A stretch of 64,000 bases of DNA from Eledone cirrhosa (taxonomy: Eukaryota): the NCBI GenBank assembly GCA_964016885.1, contig OZ024757.1, positions 8,246,001-8,310,000 of the forward strand. The letters run 5' to 3'. Position numbers and translations under genes: made by a program. This document shows positions 1 to 13,300 of this stretch, piece by piece (positions within the stretch are counted from its first letter, which is position 1; every line of letters begins with the position of its first letter). Under the pieces are notes generated by a model, which was not told the origin of the DNA, made no database searches, and was given only the letters and a program-made list of their open reading frames with translations.

Positions 1-3000
1 CAATTAGCAGGCATACCCTCCTTTGAAATTCCTTCAATATTATATCAGGTCTATTTGCATCTATTTTTCGGTCTGTTTGGATGCTAAAGTTCCACAAGAT
101 TGAGATGTGATCTTTTTCAAGTATGGGAGGTGGTTGATGCTCCCACCAATTCTTTTGATGGGGCAGGTCAAAATGCTTACACATTATCCAATGTATGTAT
201 TGTGCAGCTCTGTCATGCCTCATTAGGTATTCGGTTGGAGCTATAGGACTGCACATTGAAATTATATGGTCAATGGTCTCTGGTTGTTTTTTGCATACAC
301 GGCATAATGGGCTGCATCCATTTTTTATTATGTTGGCTTGGTAATTTTTTGTTGGCATACACTGATCTTGTGCTGATATAATTAGTCTCCGATTTCAGTC
401 CAGAGGATGCCAACCACTGATGAGTTAAAATTTTGTCAACATCAGGATTGTTAGCTCGCTCTGGGTATTTTCCAAACAGAGGCTTTTCTTGCCATTTCTT
501 AGCCAGTTTCTGTAGCAGTTCTTTCTTTGCAGTTACTTTTACCTGCTTTGCTTTTTCTGTGTTTTCCATTTCAGCAGTAAATGGGACTTCTGAAATTTGT
601 AGTTCATTATTGTATCTTTGTGCATCTTTTGTAATGAGAATATGATCTTGTGATGCTTTCGTGTTTCAAAACGAGTTTGATCATCCAATCATGTGATTCC
701 CTTAGATATGTAGATAATCCAATTGTTGCAGTTTTCAACGCACTGTCTAACTGGATTAACCCACGTCCTCCTTTCCTGGGGAGATATATTCTATCTATAT
801 CTGCCTTAGGGTGATGCATCCTGTGCATGGTTAAGAATTTTCGAATTTTTGTATCGAGCCTACGGATCTCTGTGTTTGACCAGTTGATGACATTGTAACT
901 GTAGGTTACTACTGGTATGGCAAGCGTGCTTATGGCATCGATCCTATTCCTTGCATTCAATTCCGTTCTTAAGATTGCTCTTACTCTGAGGTAACATTCC
1001 TTCCTTATCCTTTCCCTCATTGTCGAGTGCTTGATTCCGTCTCCTTCACAAACACCTAGATATTTGTAAGTTTTTTCTTGATCAAGTTCTCTTATCACGT
1101 TCCCCCGATCAAGATTAATGTCTGAACTCTTCAGCAGCTTTCCTCTGGTGAACGTTGCATTGGCGCATTTATCTAGTCCAAAGTCCATTTTAATGTCATC
1201 ACTGAACTGCCCCACAGTGGATAATAGCCCTTGCAATTGTTCATCATTTTTTGCAAATAGTTTCAGGTCATCCATGTAGAACAAGTGATTAATGGTTTTG
1301 TCATAGACTTTATATCCATGTTTTGTTTCATTGAGCATTTTACTTAATGGTATAAGTGCGATGCAGAATAAAAGCGGTGATAAAGAGTCACCCTGAAAAA
1401 TTCCACAATTAATATTAACTTCTCCAGCTTCCAGTGATTTTGTTTCACTATTCAAAAAGAGTGTCGTTTTCCATGTCTTCATACTGAATGACAAAAACCT
1501 CCTGACAACGGGAAATATTTTGAAAAGCTCTAAACATTTTTCAATCCAACTGTGTGGCAAACTATCGAATGCTTTTTTATAATCTATCCAAGCAATCGAT
1601 AGATTTTTTTGTCTATTAGGACAATCTTCCAGTATCATTTTGTTAACCAGAAGCTGATCCTTACAGCCATATGAGCCTCGTTTACACCCTTTCTGCTCAA
1701 TGGGAAATAGGTCATTTGTTATCAGGTGGTCATATGTGTATTCAGTTAGGACTGATTTTAAAATTTTATACATTGTGGTCAAGCAAGTTATCGGTCTGTA
1801 ATTTTGGGGATTGTTTGTCTCATCATTCTTCGGAAGCAGGAATGTAATGCCGTTAACTAGCCATCATGGTATCTTTTCTGGCTCCTTAACTATTTTGTTG
1901 TAAAGTTGGGCTAACAGCTCATGAGACTCTGTGAAGGCATTTATCCAAAAGTTTTGTATTTTGTCTTTTCCTGGGGATTTCCATTTGCTGGTTTTTCTTA
2001 GAGCCAAGCGCAGCTGTTCAACTGTTATATTTTCCCATATTTGTTCCTCAAGGTGAGCTGTATCATTCATTTGTCTGTCTATCCATGGGGCATGTATGTT
2101 ATGAACTTTTTCTTCGGCCCAGATCTTTTCCCAGAATGTTTGCACTTCCTCCTTGGGTGGTATTGATTTAGCAGTTATTGTTGACTTACCAATTTTTCTG
2201 TAGAAATTTCTTTGGTTGTTTTTGAACATATTATTGTCCTTATAGAATCTAGATCGTTTTTCAAAGCGCCTTATACGAGCAGCTTTGGCCGACACTTTTT
2301 GCTTGATTATTTCTATCAGCATGTCTTTGTCACTTGTTGATTTTATACTGTACTTCTTTTTCAATTTTCTAAGTTTAGTTTGTTTAACATGTTCACCTAC
2401 TTTATAGTTTGTTAACATTTCTATGTCAGATCAGAGAAGGTTTATTTGGCGATTGAATTCCTTTGTTTTTTCATTTTCACTCCACATAAGTGAGTGGTGA
2501 CTTTAGCCGATGCATAATAGAGATGATTTAAATCAGTAATGTTTAGTTTGTTTGTGATGATAATGTTTTTGAGAATTATGTTAGTCTTGTGTATTATCGT
2601 TTGGTTCTGTTTGGAGTTCTGGATCTTAGGGAGGGTGTCTCGTTGCCCCATGTCAGATTCTTTCATTTTCATCCATTCGATCATAATTTCATCCTTCAAG
2701 TTGGTAAGTTCGTTCTCATTCATTTCTTTATCATTTACGATCTCATTATTTTCATTTGGAGTTTCATCTTGAGCATGCAGTCCCTCCACTTTTTCGATCC
2801 TTTCTTTAATTTGTTCTGTTGCCAGTGATTCCACCCCAACCCTGGGATTTGAAGTGTTACAATTTACCTCGTTTTTACTGACACATGTTTCATTTTCCCT
2901 TCGCTGACTTTGTGCTAATAGCTTGATCTGATCAATTTCAATATCAGTTAGTAACTTTTTTCTTACAATATTCTTCGTATATTGGCTAGTTTGTTACTGT

Positions 3001-3510
3001 CAATATAGCCTCTGTTTTCGGGATGTTTCTTTTTCCAGTTGATATATATGTCTGTTCTGTATTCGATGTATTTGATGGGTAGTACATGGCAGTGTAGAAA
3101 GCCTCAAGGACTTCTTTATTATCTTCCCTTGACCATTTCTCTCTCTTTTTCTTTGGATTTCTTGGTGGTGAGCATAGAGGGCCAACAGTAGGAGTATTCC
3201 GGTTATGGGAGGTCTCCAGCTCCGAAGTGATGGGAAGGTTGGAACCATTAGCTGATTTTTCGACCCCAGTCTGGTTCCTCTCTGAGGGACGCGGCCCTTT
3301 TTTAACCGGGTGACGGCCGATCCGGTATGAGATTTTATCATTAGACATTTACTTTATTTTGTCGCGTTTTATCCTTATCCGCCAAGGGGTAATCATTTCG
3401 TGTTACCACTTCTAGAACGAGTGTCAACCAAGACTAGAGGGGTCGTTCTCCCCTAGAGACACGGCTATTCCCCGCCGGCCGCCATCCCGGTATTTCTTGG
3501 TCACGGGGTT
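1..3510 (-). mobile_element. R4/Dong-like RLE non-LTR retrotransposon (copy A), degenerate; 3' end lies beyond the window start
   Basis: Minus-strand ORF fragments 2986-3348, 2442-2834, 1864-2418, 607-1782 and 270-569 assemble into one polyprotein. RT motifs: WIDYKKAFDS, GIFQGDSLSPLLF, HLFYMDDLKLF, YKYLG. Bases 1-270 translate to HIISMC..RHD..HWIMCK..WEHQP..LWNFSIQTD..NRPDII, i.e. the end of the CCHC knuckle plus the restriction-like endonuclease. It carries several frameshifts and an in-frame TGA at 1864. The 5' boundary is approximate. Confidence 0.88.
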
Positions 3511-3819
3511 TTCTTTTTGTTGTTTTTTTTAAAATTGTTATTATCATGAGTGGTTCCTTAATGTGAGCATTGCGTGGCTTAAGAATGAAATTATTAATAA
3601 TTGTCTCCACTCCAGGCACAAGGCCAGCAATCACCCAGTGCATTACAATAATATAATATACTTTTTGCTGAAGTTGCCTGTTATTGTTGTTGGCTATGTC
3701 GGTGGGGATGCTGGGGCTTTTTATATTGTTGGTGAGGAAGGGGTGAGCCAGCAGTGCCATAGTTGTTGATGTTGACGTTTGGCCGGTCACTAAGTCAATC
3801 TATTTATATCTTTTGCTAG

Positions 3820-4430
3820 CCTCTCCCTTGTCAAGTGATACCGCCACCTTCCCCTTTCTCTCTCAAGTTAACAGGGGAATAGTGGTGGTAGCAATGAAGG
3901 AGTGGTGGCGGCGGTGATGGGATAGTGGTAGCAATGATGGATGGAGTGGTGGCGGCGGTGGCGTTGTCGTTACTGAGTTTTGTGATATGTAGTATCTATG
4001 AGTTTGTGTCGCGTATGTTTAATATATATTGTGTTGACATATTCCCGTTAAATTGGAATTAAACATTTTGTTAAAACTTGAGACAATAATAATTGTTTCT
4101 ATTTTAGGCACAAGGCCACCAATTACCCAGTGCAATTGAGACAATAATAATAGTAATTATTATTATGATGCTGGGATTGGTGGTGGTGGTGGTGAAATTG
4201 CCGTTATCTGGCTGTTATATTTAGTGTGATGGGGTAGGTGGTGCATCAAGTTTCTGGTGTTGGTGAAATTGCTGTTATTTGGCTGTTCTATATAGTGTAG
4301 ACAGAGGGTGTTTTCTTCCATTTATAGCCATTTTCTTTTTTGAATACAAAATATATAATACAAAATTGAATATTTGAGCGATATAACAATATAATATGGA
4401 TCCGAAATTTTATGGGACTTGATTCGGTGG
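3820..4430. repeat. ~600-bp dispersed repeat 'X', copy 1 (second copy at ~20986-21570)
   Basis: Colinear similarity with 20986-21570: GGAATAGYGGTGGTAGCAATGAAGGAGTGGTGGCGGCGGTGATGGGATAG, GGAATTAAACATTTTG, TTGAGACAATAATAAT, TGAAATTGCTGTTATTTGGCTGTTCTATATAG, AATTGAATATTTGAGCGATATAACAATAT..TATGGATCCGAA. Confidence 0.85.

Positions 4431-4431
<1 letters not shown>

Positions 4432-4492
<61 letters not shown>
4432..4492. repeat. (TTA)n microsatellite at the 5' flank of Tx1-like copy 1
   Basis: Pure TTA run read directly from the sequence. Confidence 0.97.
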
Positions 4493-4682
4493 CATCGTGA
4501 GCTCCGCAAAGGTTTGTTGTTTTCAGTTGTTTCAAATTGCCATTTATGGAAAATTTTTGTTGTTAGGTGTTTATAAGGTCACATAATTTGCTCTCGGAAA
4601 AGGGCACTCAAAAAGATTGGGGCCTTGAGCCCAAAATTTAAACTTTTATAATTATCAAACAAAAAATTAGTTTGAAAAAAAC

Positions 4683-6663
4683 ATGGACGACTCACAGCTA
4701 CACCTGGCTGAGAGCCTTCCTCACAAATTAACACCTCACACCGACACCACCATTGTGAATATTACTACGTTTGCCAACACTAAAAATATAAGCAGTAGCA
4801 ATAAATTAAATTTGTCTCATGCATACATTCATTTCCCGCCATTACCACTGACTGCAGGTGTTGAAGCCGCCACCCCCACCACCACCACAGCGATAACAGA
4901 AACAAAAAAAAATTATCTCGTGACATCGAAATGGATTCAGCTAGAATCGACTCTTCCACACCGAACACCACTGACGCCACCACCACCTCCACAACTGAAA
5001 CTAAAAATAACAATAATAAAAATAACAATAACAACAAGAGCAACAACAACAATGAGAATAACAACAAACACATCAACACCACCGTTTCGTTTGCCAAAGC
5101 AGCCAAAAAATGCGAAACAATCGAGGTAACTCAGGAAGAATTAGATGAAACCAAGAGAATGGTAAAGAAAGATGGGTACAGGGTCAGCCCCCCACCTAAT
5201 AGAAATGGAGCATCGGCGCCTATGCATCGTGTCTTATCGGACGATTAACATAAAATCGCGCCAAGTGGAACGGGCATCAGAGTCCCAAATCCAAAAAGCT
5301 TTGGGACATGTGTGGGCAAAAAAACCCACATCAGACGTGGGCAGAAATATGGAATCGTGGACGTGTTCTTTGGAACACCACAGGAGGCCAGAGAGTACTC
5401 CATGGCCCCATTAAGAAGCGACGACTTCACACTCGTCCCAAACTATTGTGGCCAGAGACTCGTAAAGATCAGGGTGATCCACGTTCCACCAGCCATCGAA
5501 ATTTCCTGGGTAATGGCTGCCGTCCTCGCCGACATCGAGGCCAAAACTAAAATAATCGAAATAGCAAAATGAAAAGCAGGAGAACTGGTCCGGATCTGGG
5601 ATGGAGCTCCTGATCCAAGCGGACCAAAAAAGCATTCAGGAAATCCCAGAGGTAATAGATCTCACTGACGGCAGCTACCTCACCGTAATCGTCGAGGGTA
5701 TAAGGCCTAGGTGTGTCGTTTGTGGTGAAGGAACCAACCTAAGGGCTTTCTGCCCTCAGGTTAAAAAGTTGAGGCCACCTCTCTTACCCACCCCAGTGGC
5801 TCAACCATCAACACCACCAGCAGCAGAAATGGCAGCAACAACTGTAGCAGCAACAATAGAAGCAACTGTAGCAGCAGCAACCCCAGCAACAGTAGCAAAA
5901 CGAACACTACCACCACCCAACGCTTCAGAACTAGCACCAGCGCCTACACCATCCACCACGCCACAACCAAAACTAACGCCTGTGGAGGATTTTCCACTCC
6001 CCGACCTATCGCAACTGGAGACAGATTGTGACGACGAGGAGTGGAAAACGGTATCAGGAAAAAAGAAAAAAAGGAAAAGAAGCAAAAATAGAAAAAAAGA
6101 AAAAGAAGCCTAAAAAGAAAAAAATCCTCTTCCTTCCCCCTCCAAAAACAAAATACAGAGAGAAACAAATAAACTATCAAACAAAAAAAGTTAGGACAGC
6201 TATGCCACCATCCACACCAGCATGACCAACCCCATCACCACAAACACCAACACCATCACCATCATTAACCCCAACACCACCATCACCAACACCACAAAAG
6301 TCACCAAAAAGCGAAACAGAAACAAACCCACCACAAACGCAATCAAAACAAAACAACCAAAACTATACACACGACACAGAATTGCATTTGAACAACAACC
6401 AATTACTACACTACATCCAACACAACACCAGAACCACAGAAAAAGAATACACAACACCCCAAAAGTTCACACAACCTACACACATAAAAATCACTCGCAT
6501 CACACAGAAAACGTACACGACATTAAAACAAACATTTCCCAAAGACATCGGAGATTTCCGACAAGCACTCTCCAGGAGGATTTATAAGGACATCCTTCCG
6601 GAGGAGGCCAGAAGCAGTGAAAAGGATGGAGAAACCATCCTTTCTCTACGAGAAGTAAGGTAA
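4683..6663 (+). pseudogene. ORF1 (gag-like) of Tx1-like copy 1, frameshifted
   Basis: Fragments 4683-5129, 4931-5248, 5312-5572, 5601-6113 and 6382-6663. They are homologous to ORF1 of copy 2 (SFAKAAKKCETIEVTQEELDE vs SFAGIAKNLETILIANEELDE; VEGIRPRCVVC vs VEGKRPKCFRC). Confidence 0.75.
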
Positions 6664-6697
6664 GTGGTCTTTCCCTTCTTTTCAACTCCATTTCAAC

Positions 6698-9600
6698 ATG
6701 ACCACACTCAGAATAGGCAGCATAAATGCGCGTGACTTGGGGTCGTCATGAAAGCAGGGCCACCTGCTCAACGACCTCAGGTCACTAAACATAGATGTAG
6801 TGGCCATCAGCGAGGCCAGAATCTACGAAGCACGGGCCTTCGCACCGATCTTCGGCGGCTACGATGTGTTCGCATCTCTCAACCGTCCTGGATCGTGGGG
6901 GAGGAGTTGCTGTGCTTTTTCGGAGAGGTTTGGATCTCACCATACGGGCCATCTTCCTGGACCCAGAAGGTAAGTTAGTGGTGCTGAACGTGACCAGCGG
7001 AGACGGGCAAGCTCTCAGGCTAGTGGCTGACAGCAGCAGGGCGGCCTGATTTCTCCCGGCGTCTGGAGACCATTCTTGGAACGTCCCGCTCTTTAGTGTT
7101 AGTGGGCGACTGGAACGGGATCTTAGATGCACGCTGGGAGTGTGTGGGATTAGCTTATAGGGGAGGTGGGTGCAAGAGACTCGCATATCTGCTCAGGCGT
7201 TTTGAACTGTCTGACAGGTACCGATTGGATTTCCCGAATGTGCCATTGTGGACTTGGCCAAAACGCATCGGGTCATCCAGATCATATCTAGATATATTAA
7301 TTTGTAGGGAAATAGATAGGTCTAGCATAGGCTGTCCACAATTCAAAATATCAAGATAGTCAGCTACACGGACCACAAAATCGTGATCTGTGTGCTTGAC
7401 TAAGATAGGCTTCATAGACGAGGACCCGGCTACTGGAAGCTAAACGCGTCCTTACCAGCCCGCAAGGCATACAGAGACCGGATTGGGCAAACTCATTAAG
7501 CGGGTGTTGAGGGTTGCCATCGTCAACAACAAGTGGTGGTTGGCTCTGAAAAGAGCGATTAGAATAGAGTCCATTAGGTTTAGTAAGGCTTTAGCTATAG
7601 AGAAAAATAGAGCAGAGGGAGAACTAGTTAGAAAATTAGACGAGGCGCTTAGCAAAGGCATCGCGACCGACGTACTTGCGGCGAAATTGGCCCTTGACCA
7701 ATTCTTCAATGCAAAGTACGAAGGCTGCGTTCTCAGAGCTAGGGTGCGTGCTCTCAGATACGAGGGGACGAAAGCCGTTCAATGGGCCCGAGTGGCGGAG
7801 GCGCGTCGTGGCAACAAAGCCACGATCCGGTCTTTGTTGGACCACGACGGGCGCATCGTACTCGATCCCGGGCAAATGTGTGAAGCTTTTCAGCGACACT
7901 TCGCTCAGCTGTTCGGGGGCAGCGGCGGGCCGGATCGAGGGATGGACTTTAGTGGCTACGTCGACGGGCTGCCGCGGTTCTCGGCCACTGAGGCGGAGTG
8001 TTGCGAAAAGCCGATAACAGCCGCTGAAGTACGGGAGGCAATGACTGGCTGCACAAGGGGTAAATCGCCTGGTTTGGTGGGTCTGCCCTATGAACTTTAC
8101 GTACAGATGCCAGACTTGTTCGGAGGCTTCTTGGCGAACATCTACTGCAACTGGCAACAGAACGGGAGAATTCCCAGTTCTGTGAGCCCAGGAGCGGTGA
8201 CGATGCTGAGAAAGGATCCGAACATGGAGGATAACATAGATAATTTCAGGCCCATAACTCTGCTAAACACAGAGTTCAAGAATTTGGCCAAGGTGCTAGA
8301 AAAGAGGTTAGCGCTTGTCGTTGGTTGGTCTGGTGGGAGAGGTGCAGACATGCGCCATTCCCGACAGATCCATCCACGACAACCTCCACCTCGTAGAGAG
8401 GGTAGCTAGGGAACCTGCCACGGGTGGATTGATCAATTTAGATCAGTCGAAAGCTTTCGATAGGGTCGACCATCGTTACCTGGCGGCAGTCCTGAAGGCG
8501 GCTGGCTTTGGGCCCGTTTCAGAGGCTGGATCGCTGCCATGCACAGCGACATCTGTTCTGTGGTGAGAGTGAACGGTCACCTGTCGGAACCGTTCAACAT
8601 CATGCGTTCGGTCCGCCAAGGATGTCTCCTCTCGTACCACTTGTACGTATTGACTCTCGAGCCATTACTGCACAAATTGGAGACGTTAAGGGGAGTCCCG
8701 CGCGAACTAGGATGCGGAAGATCCGTGTCAGCATATGCGGACGATATCACCGTAGTGGTATCGAACGCCAAACACATCGAGGCGATCGGCACTACACTAA
8801 GGGAATACGAAGCGGTGACAGGAGCAATGATCAACCAGGAAAAGTCAGTGGGCCTGCAGCTCGCCACCTGGAGAGCAAGTCCATGCCGTCAAATAGCGTC
8901 GTCGGACGCTGGACGGACGGACCGGTTAAATTGCTAGGGGTCTGGTTTGGTCCGGACCTCCAGACAGACAAAAACTGGGACCAGGTGACGTGCAGGGTGG
9001 CTTCTCTCACCCAGAAATGGACGGAGAGGAAGCTATCCCTGAAAGGTCGAGCATAGGTGGCTAACGCGTACATCGCGTCTGTCATCTGCTACCGCCTGAC
9101 CATCGTACCTTGTCCTAAGCCCCGCCTGACTGCGCTGGAGCGTTTGCTCTTTCGCTTTTTGTGGAAGGGACGCGCTCCGATGGTCAGGCGGTCAATCTGC
9201 TGTCAACACCCGCTACGTGGAGGGCTGGGTATGCCGTGGCTGATGATGCGCAGACGCGCGCTCATGCCAGAACATCTCCACTTCTTCTTTGACGGTGATC
9301 AGGTGTGGTCACCGTTTGCTAGTCACGTCTTTCCCCAGCTCGTTTCCTTGACGGAGCTGCAGTTCTGGGTCAAGCGAAGACCGAGAGGGAGCGCTTGGAG
9401 ACTGGAATGTCTTCAGGCGCTCACAGCCCTCGACCAATTGGGCAATGTGATCGGTGGAAACTCCACATCGGCGTTCTATAGAGGATTAGTGCAGGGAAAG
9501 AGCGACGACGTACTTGGGGAAACTCTAGACGTCGACGAAAATCAACTAGCCAATCTCTTCGGAAGAACTTTCGGGCCGGGGCCTATGGATAACTACCAGA

Positions 9601-10027
9601 AACCCCTGGCCTGGCAGTGCTACCGAGGCGCCTTGCCAGTTATATATAAACTCTACAGGCATGGAGGTGCCGTCAGCCGCGCATGTCCGAGATGCGCGCA
9701 GGGCGACGAAACCGTCCTGCACGCACTCGTCCAGTGTCCGAGAATTGCTGACTTGTGGGTTTATGTGGAACACTTGCTGTCGCGAGTAGGACAGATCCGG
9801 CTATCAGCTGAGTCCATCGTAAGGATTGCCCCGCCCTCTTCCTTTAGCCGGGAAGGGTAGGCAGTTTTTATCCGTCTGGTGGCCATGGCGAAAGAGATAG
9901 TATGGTGGACACGTTTGAAAGGGCTGAAGACGAGCACTTACCTCTTCGGTGATGCCCTGATTGACTTTTTCAAATTTCATTTGTGCTCTCTTCCCAGTAT
10001 TTTGTTACTCTGAGTATGTGTCTGTAA
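6698..10027 (+). pseudogene. ORF2 (APE endonuclease-RT-zinc knuckle) of Tx1-like copy 1, multiple stops and frameshifts
   Basis: Nearly colinear at nucleotide level with 12662-16077. Fragments include 7096-7359, 7483-8409, 8315-8566, 8539-8937 and 9057-9860. Confidence 0.88.
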
Positions 10028-10264
10028 ATTAAAGGTGGAAAACTGGCACTTGCCTTGGTGGTCAGGGTCACTGTGGCCTTTTAATGGGCTTTCTCCACAA
10101 ATGTCCCTCGGAAGTATCCCCCCCATTGGGGAATTTTTCATTATTTTTTATTACACCCTTTTTTATTTTACACGCAGAAAGGCCCATTTGAACCGTCCTG
10201 TATTGTACTGTACTGTCCTTAATGTCTACTTTATGTAAACCCTTGTGGTTAATAAAGAAAGCAC

Positions 10265-10319
<55 letters not shown>
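10265..10319. repeat. (TTA)n microsatellite between the two Tx1-like copies
   Basis: Pure TTA run. Confidence 0.97.
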
Positions 10320-13300
10320 GAATGCCATGGTTGACCGAGGCTCGGCTCTGTAAGGTATTGTAAATTTTGACCGCTATAACAATTGTAAATTGTTTAAAAC
10401 TTTAACCAAATTGTAGACAAAAACACCCTCCTCCTCGTGAGAGGGGTCTTTCTGTCCGTTATTTGGCCCTTCGGGGTTAAATAACCGCTTATTGGGTTTT
10501 GTGCCCAATATTTATTTTAAGTCAAAAAAAAACATGGCTACGAAAAATAATTTTCACAAGTCACTCCCACTCATTCCGTCTTCTTCCTCAATCGTCACTA
10601 CAGCAGAGAGAAGATTGTCTCTCTCCCTCCCTTCTCTTTCGCAAGCGACGCCAGTAAAGAAAAATAGTTTACAAAATCACGTGCAAAGCATGGAACATTT
10701 CTCCACGACGACGACAACGACGAAAAAGGTGTGCCGCAAATACGAAAAGCCATTTCATTCGTCTGACGTCATGAATAATAGCAGTAGCAGCCGTAATAAC
10801 AGCAGCAGCAGCAACAGTGACAAGGAAAACAACAGTAGCAGCCGAAGCAGCATCAGCAGCATCATAAACAACAACAGCATTAGCAGCAACAGCAACAACA
10901 GCAACAACAACCACAGCAACAGCGACGGCGGCAGTAGTCGTACTACCTGCAGCAACAACAAAAGTAACAGCAGCTCTTACGACAACAACAACAACAACAA
11001 CAGCAGCAAAGAAAAACCAACCTCGTTTGCAGGTATCGCAAAGAACCTGGAAACCATCCTCATAGCAAATGAGGAATTAGATGAAGCGAAGAAGATGGTG
11101 ACGAAAACCGGACACCGAGCAATCTGCAAGGCAGCCGAAACATTTTTCGAAACCCAATAGCACTGTACGGTCACGTACTGTACAGTAAGCACAAAATCCC
11201 GTAGGGTTGAAAGAGCCACAGAGGCTCAAATACAAAAAGCCTTAGGGTCTCTGTGGCAGCGTAAAACGCATATCACCCGAGGCAAGAAATATGCCACCGT
11301 AGACGTGCTTTTTGCCACACCCCAGGAGGCAAAGGCTCAATCCGTAGTGACCCTAAGGAGCGAGGAAATGGTGTTGGTGCCCTCCTACTGCGGGAAAAAA
11401 TTGTGAGTGTCAAACTGACCCCCCCCCCCCCGGGATGGCCCCTTCTTGGCTGGCCGCGTCTGTCCTCGTCGGAATCGAGGACAAAACAACTGTACTGCAA
11501 GTACAGAAAAGAGTAAGAGAAGATTGGGTCGGCACCGCCATTGAGATGTTAATGCAAACCAACCAGGAGTGCATGGAAGCTATCCTGGATGTAATAGACT
11601 TCGATAACGGCACTCAACTGCCCATAAGTGTTGAGGGCAAACGCCCAAAATGCTTTCGCTGTAGATCGAAGACTCAGCTCAGGGCCTTCTGCAACGAGAA
11701 GACCCTGAGAAAGGAGAAAACCCCCTCCTTCCGAAACCGGCTCCACTGCTACCAGCAACAGGACAAGCGGCAACCAGGAACGATAGGACCGTGGCACCCA
11801 TACCCCGCCACGGAAATCAAGAACAGCAACAGCAGTGGAAGTATTAACAACAACAACAATAATATCAACAGCAGCTCCAACAGAGACTCCACTGCAAACA
11901 TCACCAACAACAACAAGTGAAAGAGTGGAGCTGGTACCCCTCCCCGACCTCACAGAATCAGACATGGAGTGTGAGGTGGAAGAGGGATGGCAAAAGGTCG
12001 TAAGAAGGCACAAACGCAGAAGCAGCGCATCGTCGCCTTTGAAAAGGGAGGAAAGAAATGAAAAAAGGGTAAAGTCTACTGCAAAGAGACCCACAGCAGC
12101 AACACCACCAACACCATCACCACCCACACTAGCACCACCATCACCACCGGCGACAACCCCACCGCCAACAACACCTTCAACACCACCACCACAAGCACCA
12201 ACATCGCAAACACAACAAGACACACACACCCAGCAACAACGACAAGAAAATAGCAGAACCACACCCCACCCCAAGAAAAACAAATGCACGGCAATAAATA
12301 CACACAACAAGAAAATAATGACTTACATAATTGAACACACAGACATTTCACAACACGACTACATAATACCAGCACCAATCAAAACGCCAACTAACATAAG
12401 ACTGCTAAAACTAGCACAGAAACAATACACAAACATTAAAACGAAATTCCCCAACGCAGTTGGTGATTTCAGGGACCTAGGAGGAACTATCAATCGAAGA
12501 GTATATTCAGACATTCTCATAGAAGAGCCGACGACCAGCCGAAGGGACGATTCAACGGTCCCTTCACCAGACGATCAAGTGAAAAGAGATGTAAAAACCA
12601 TCCCTCCTCTTCGAAAAGTACGGTAAGTGGTCTTTCCCATCTTTTCCACTCTATTTTAAACATGACCTCACTCAGAATAGGCAGCATAAATGCGCGTGGC
12701 TTGGGGTCGTCATGGAAGCAGGGTCACCTGCTCAACGACCTCAGGTCACTAAACATAGATGTAGTGGCCATCAGCGAGACCAGAATCTCAGAAGCACGGG
12801 CCTTTGCACCGATCTTCGGCGGCTACGATGTGTACGCATCTCCCAGCCGTCCTGGATCGGGGGGAGGAGTTGCTGTGCTTTTTCGGAGAGGTTTGGATCT
12901 CGCCATACGGGCCATCTTCCTGGACCCAGAGGGTAAGCTGGTGGTGCTGGACGTGACCAGCGGAGACGGGCAAGCTTTCAGGCTAGTGGCCGTCTATACC
13001 CCGACAGGAGCAGGGCGGCCTGATTTCTTCCGGCGTCTGGAGACCTTTCTTGGAACGTCCCGCTCTTTAGTGTTAGTGGGCGACTGGAACGGGATCTTAG
13101 ATGCACGCCTGGACTTTGTGGGATTAGCGGATAGGGGTGGAGTTTTCAAGAGCCTCACCAACCTGCTCAGGCGTTTTGAACTGTCTGACAGGTACCAATT
13201 GGATTTCCCGAATGTGCCAATGTGGACTTGGACAAATCGCATAGGGTCATCCAGATCATATCTAGATAGAGTATTTTGTAGGGAAATAGATAGGTCTAGC

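Larger units (their letters stand above)
4493..10264 (+). mobile_element. Tx1/L1-clade non-LTR retrotransposon, full-length but degenerate (copy 1)
   Basis: Contains a 5' UTR and a broken ORF1 (4683-6663) with a CxxCx4(N)x4C knuckle and KKKKRKR. Broken ORF2 (ATG 6698 to ~10027) has APE motifs (GDWNG), RT motifs (KSPG, FRPITLLN, DQSKAFDRVDH, VRQGC, YADD) and a C-terminal CPRC..ETVLH..C knuckle. The 3' UTR ends AATAAAGAAA followed by (TTA)n. Confidence 0.9.

Noticed and set aside
3360-3510. HDV-like ribozyme in the 5' UTR of Dong A
   Set aside because: The region is GC-rich with one hairpin (CTAG.GGG..CCC.CTAG), but I could not assemble the nested double pseudoknot by eye.
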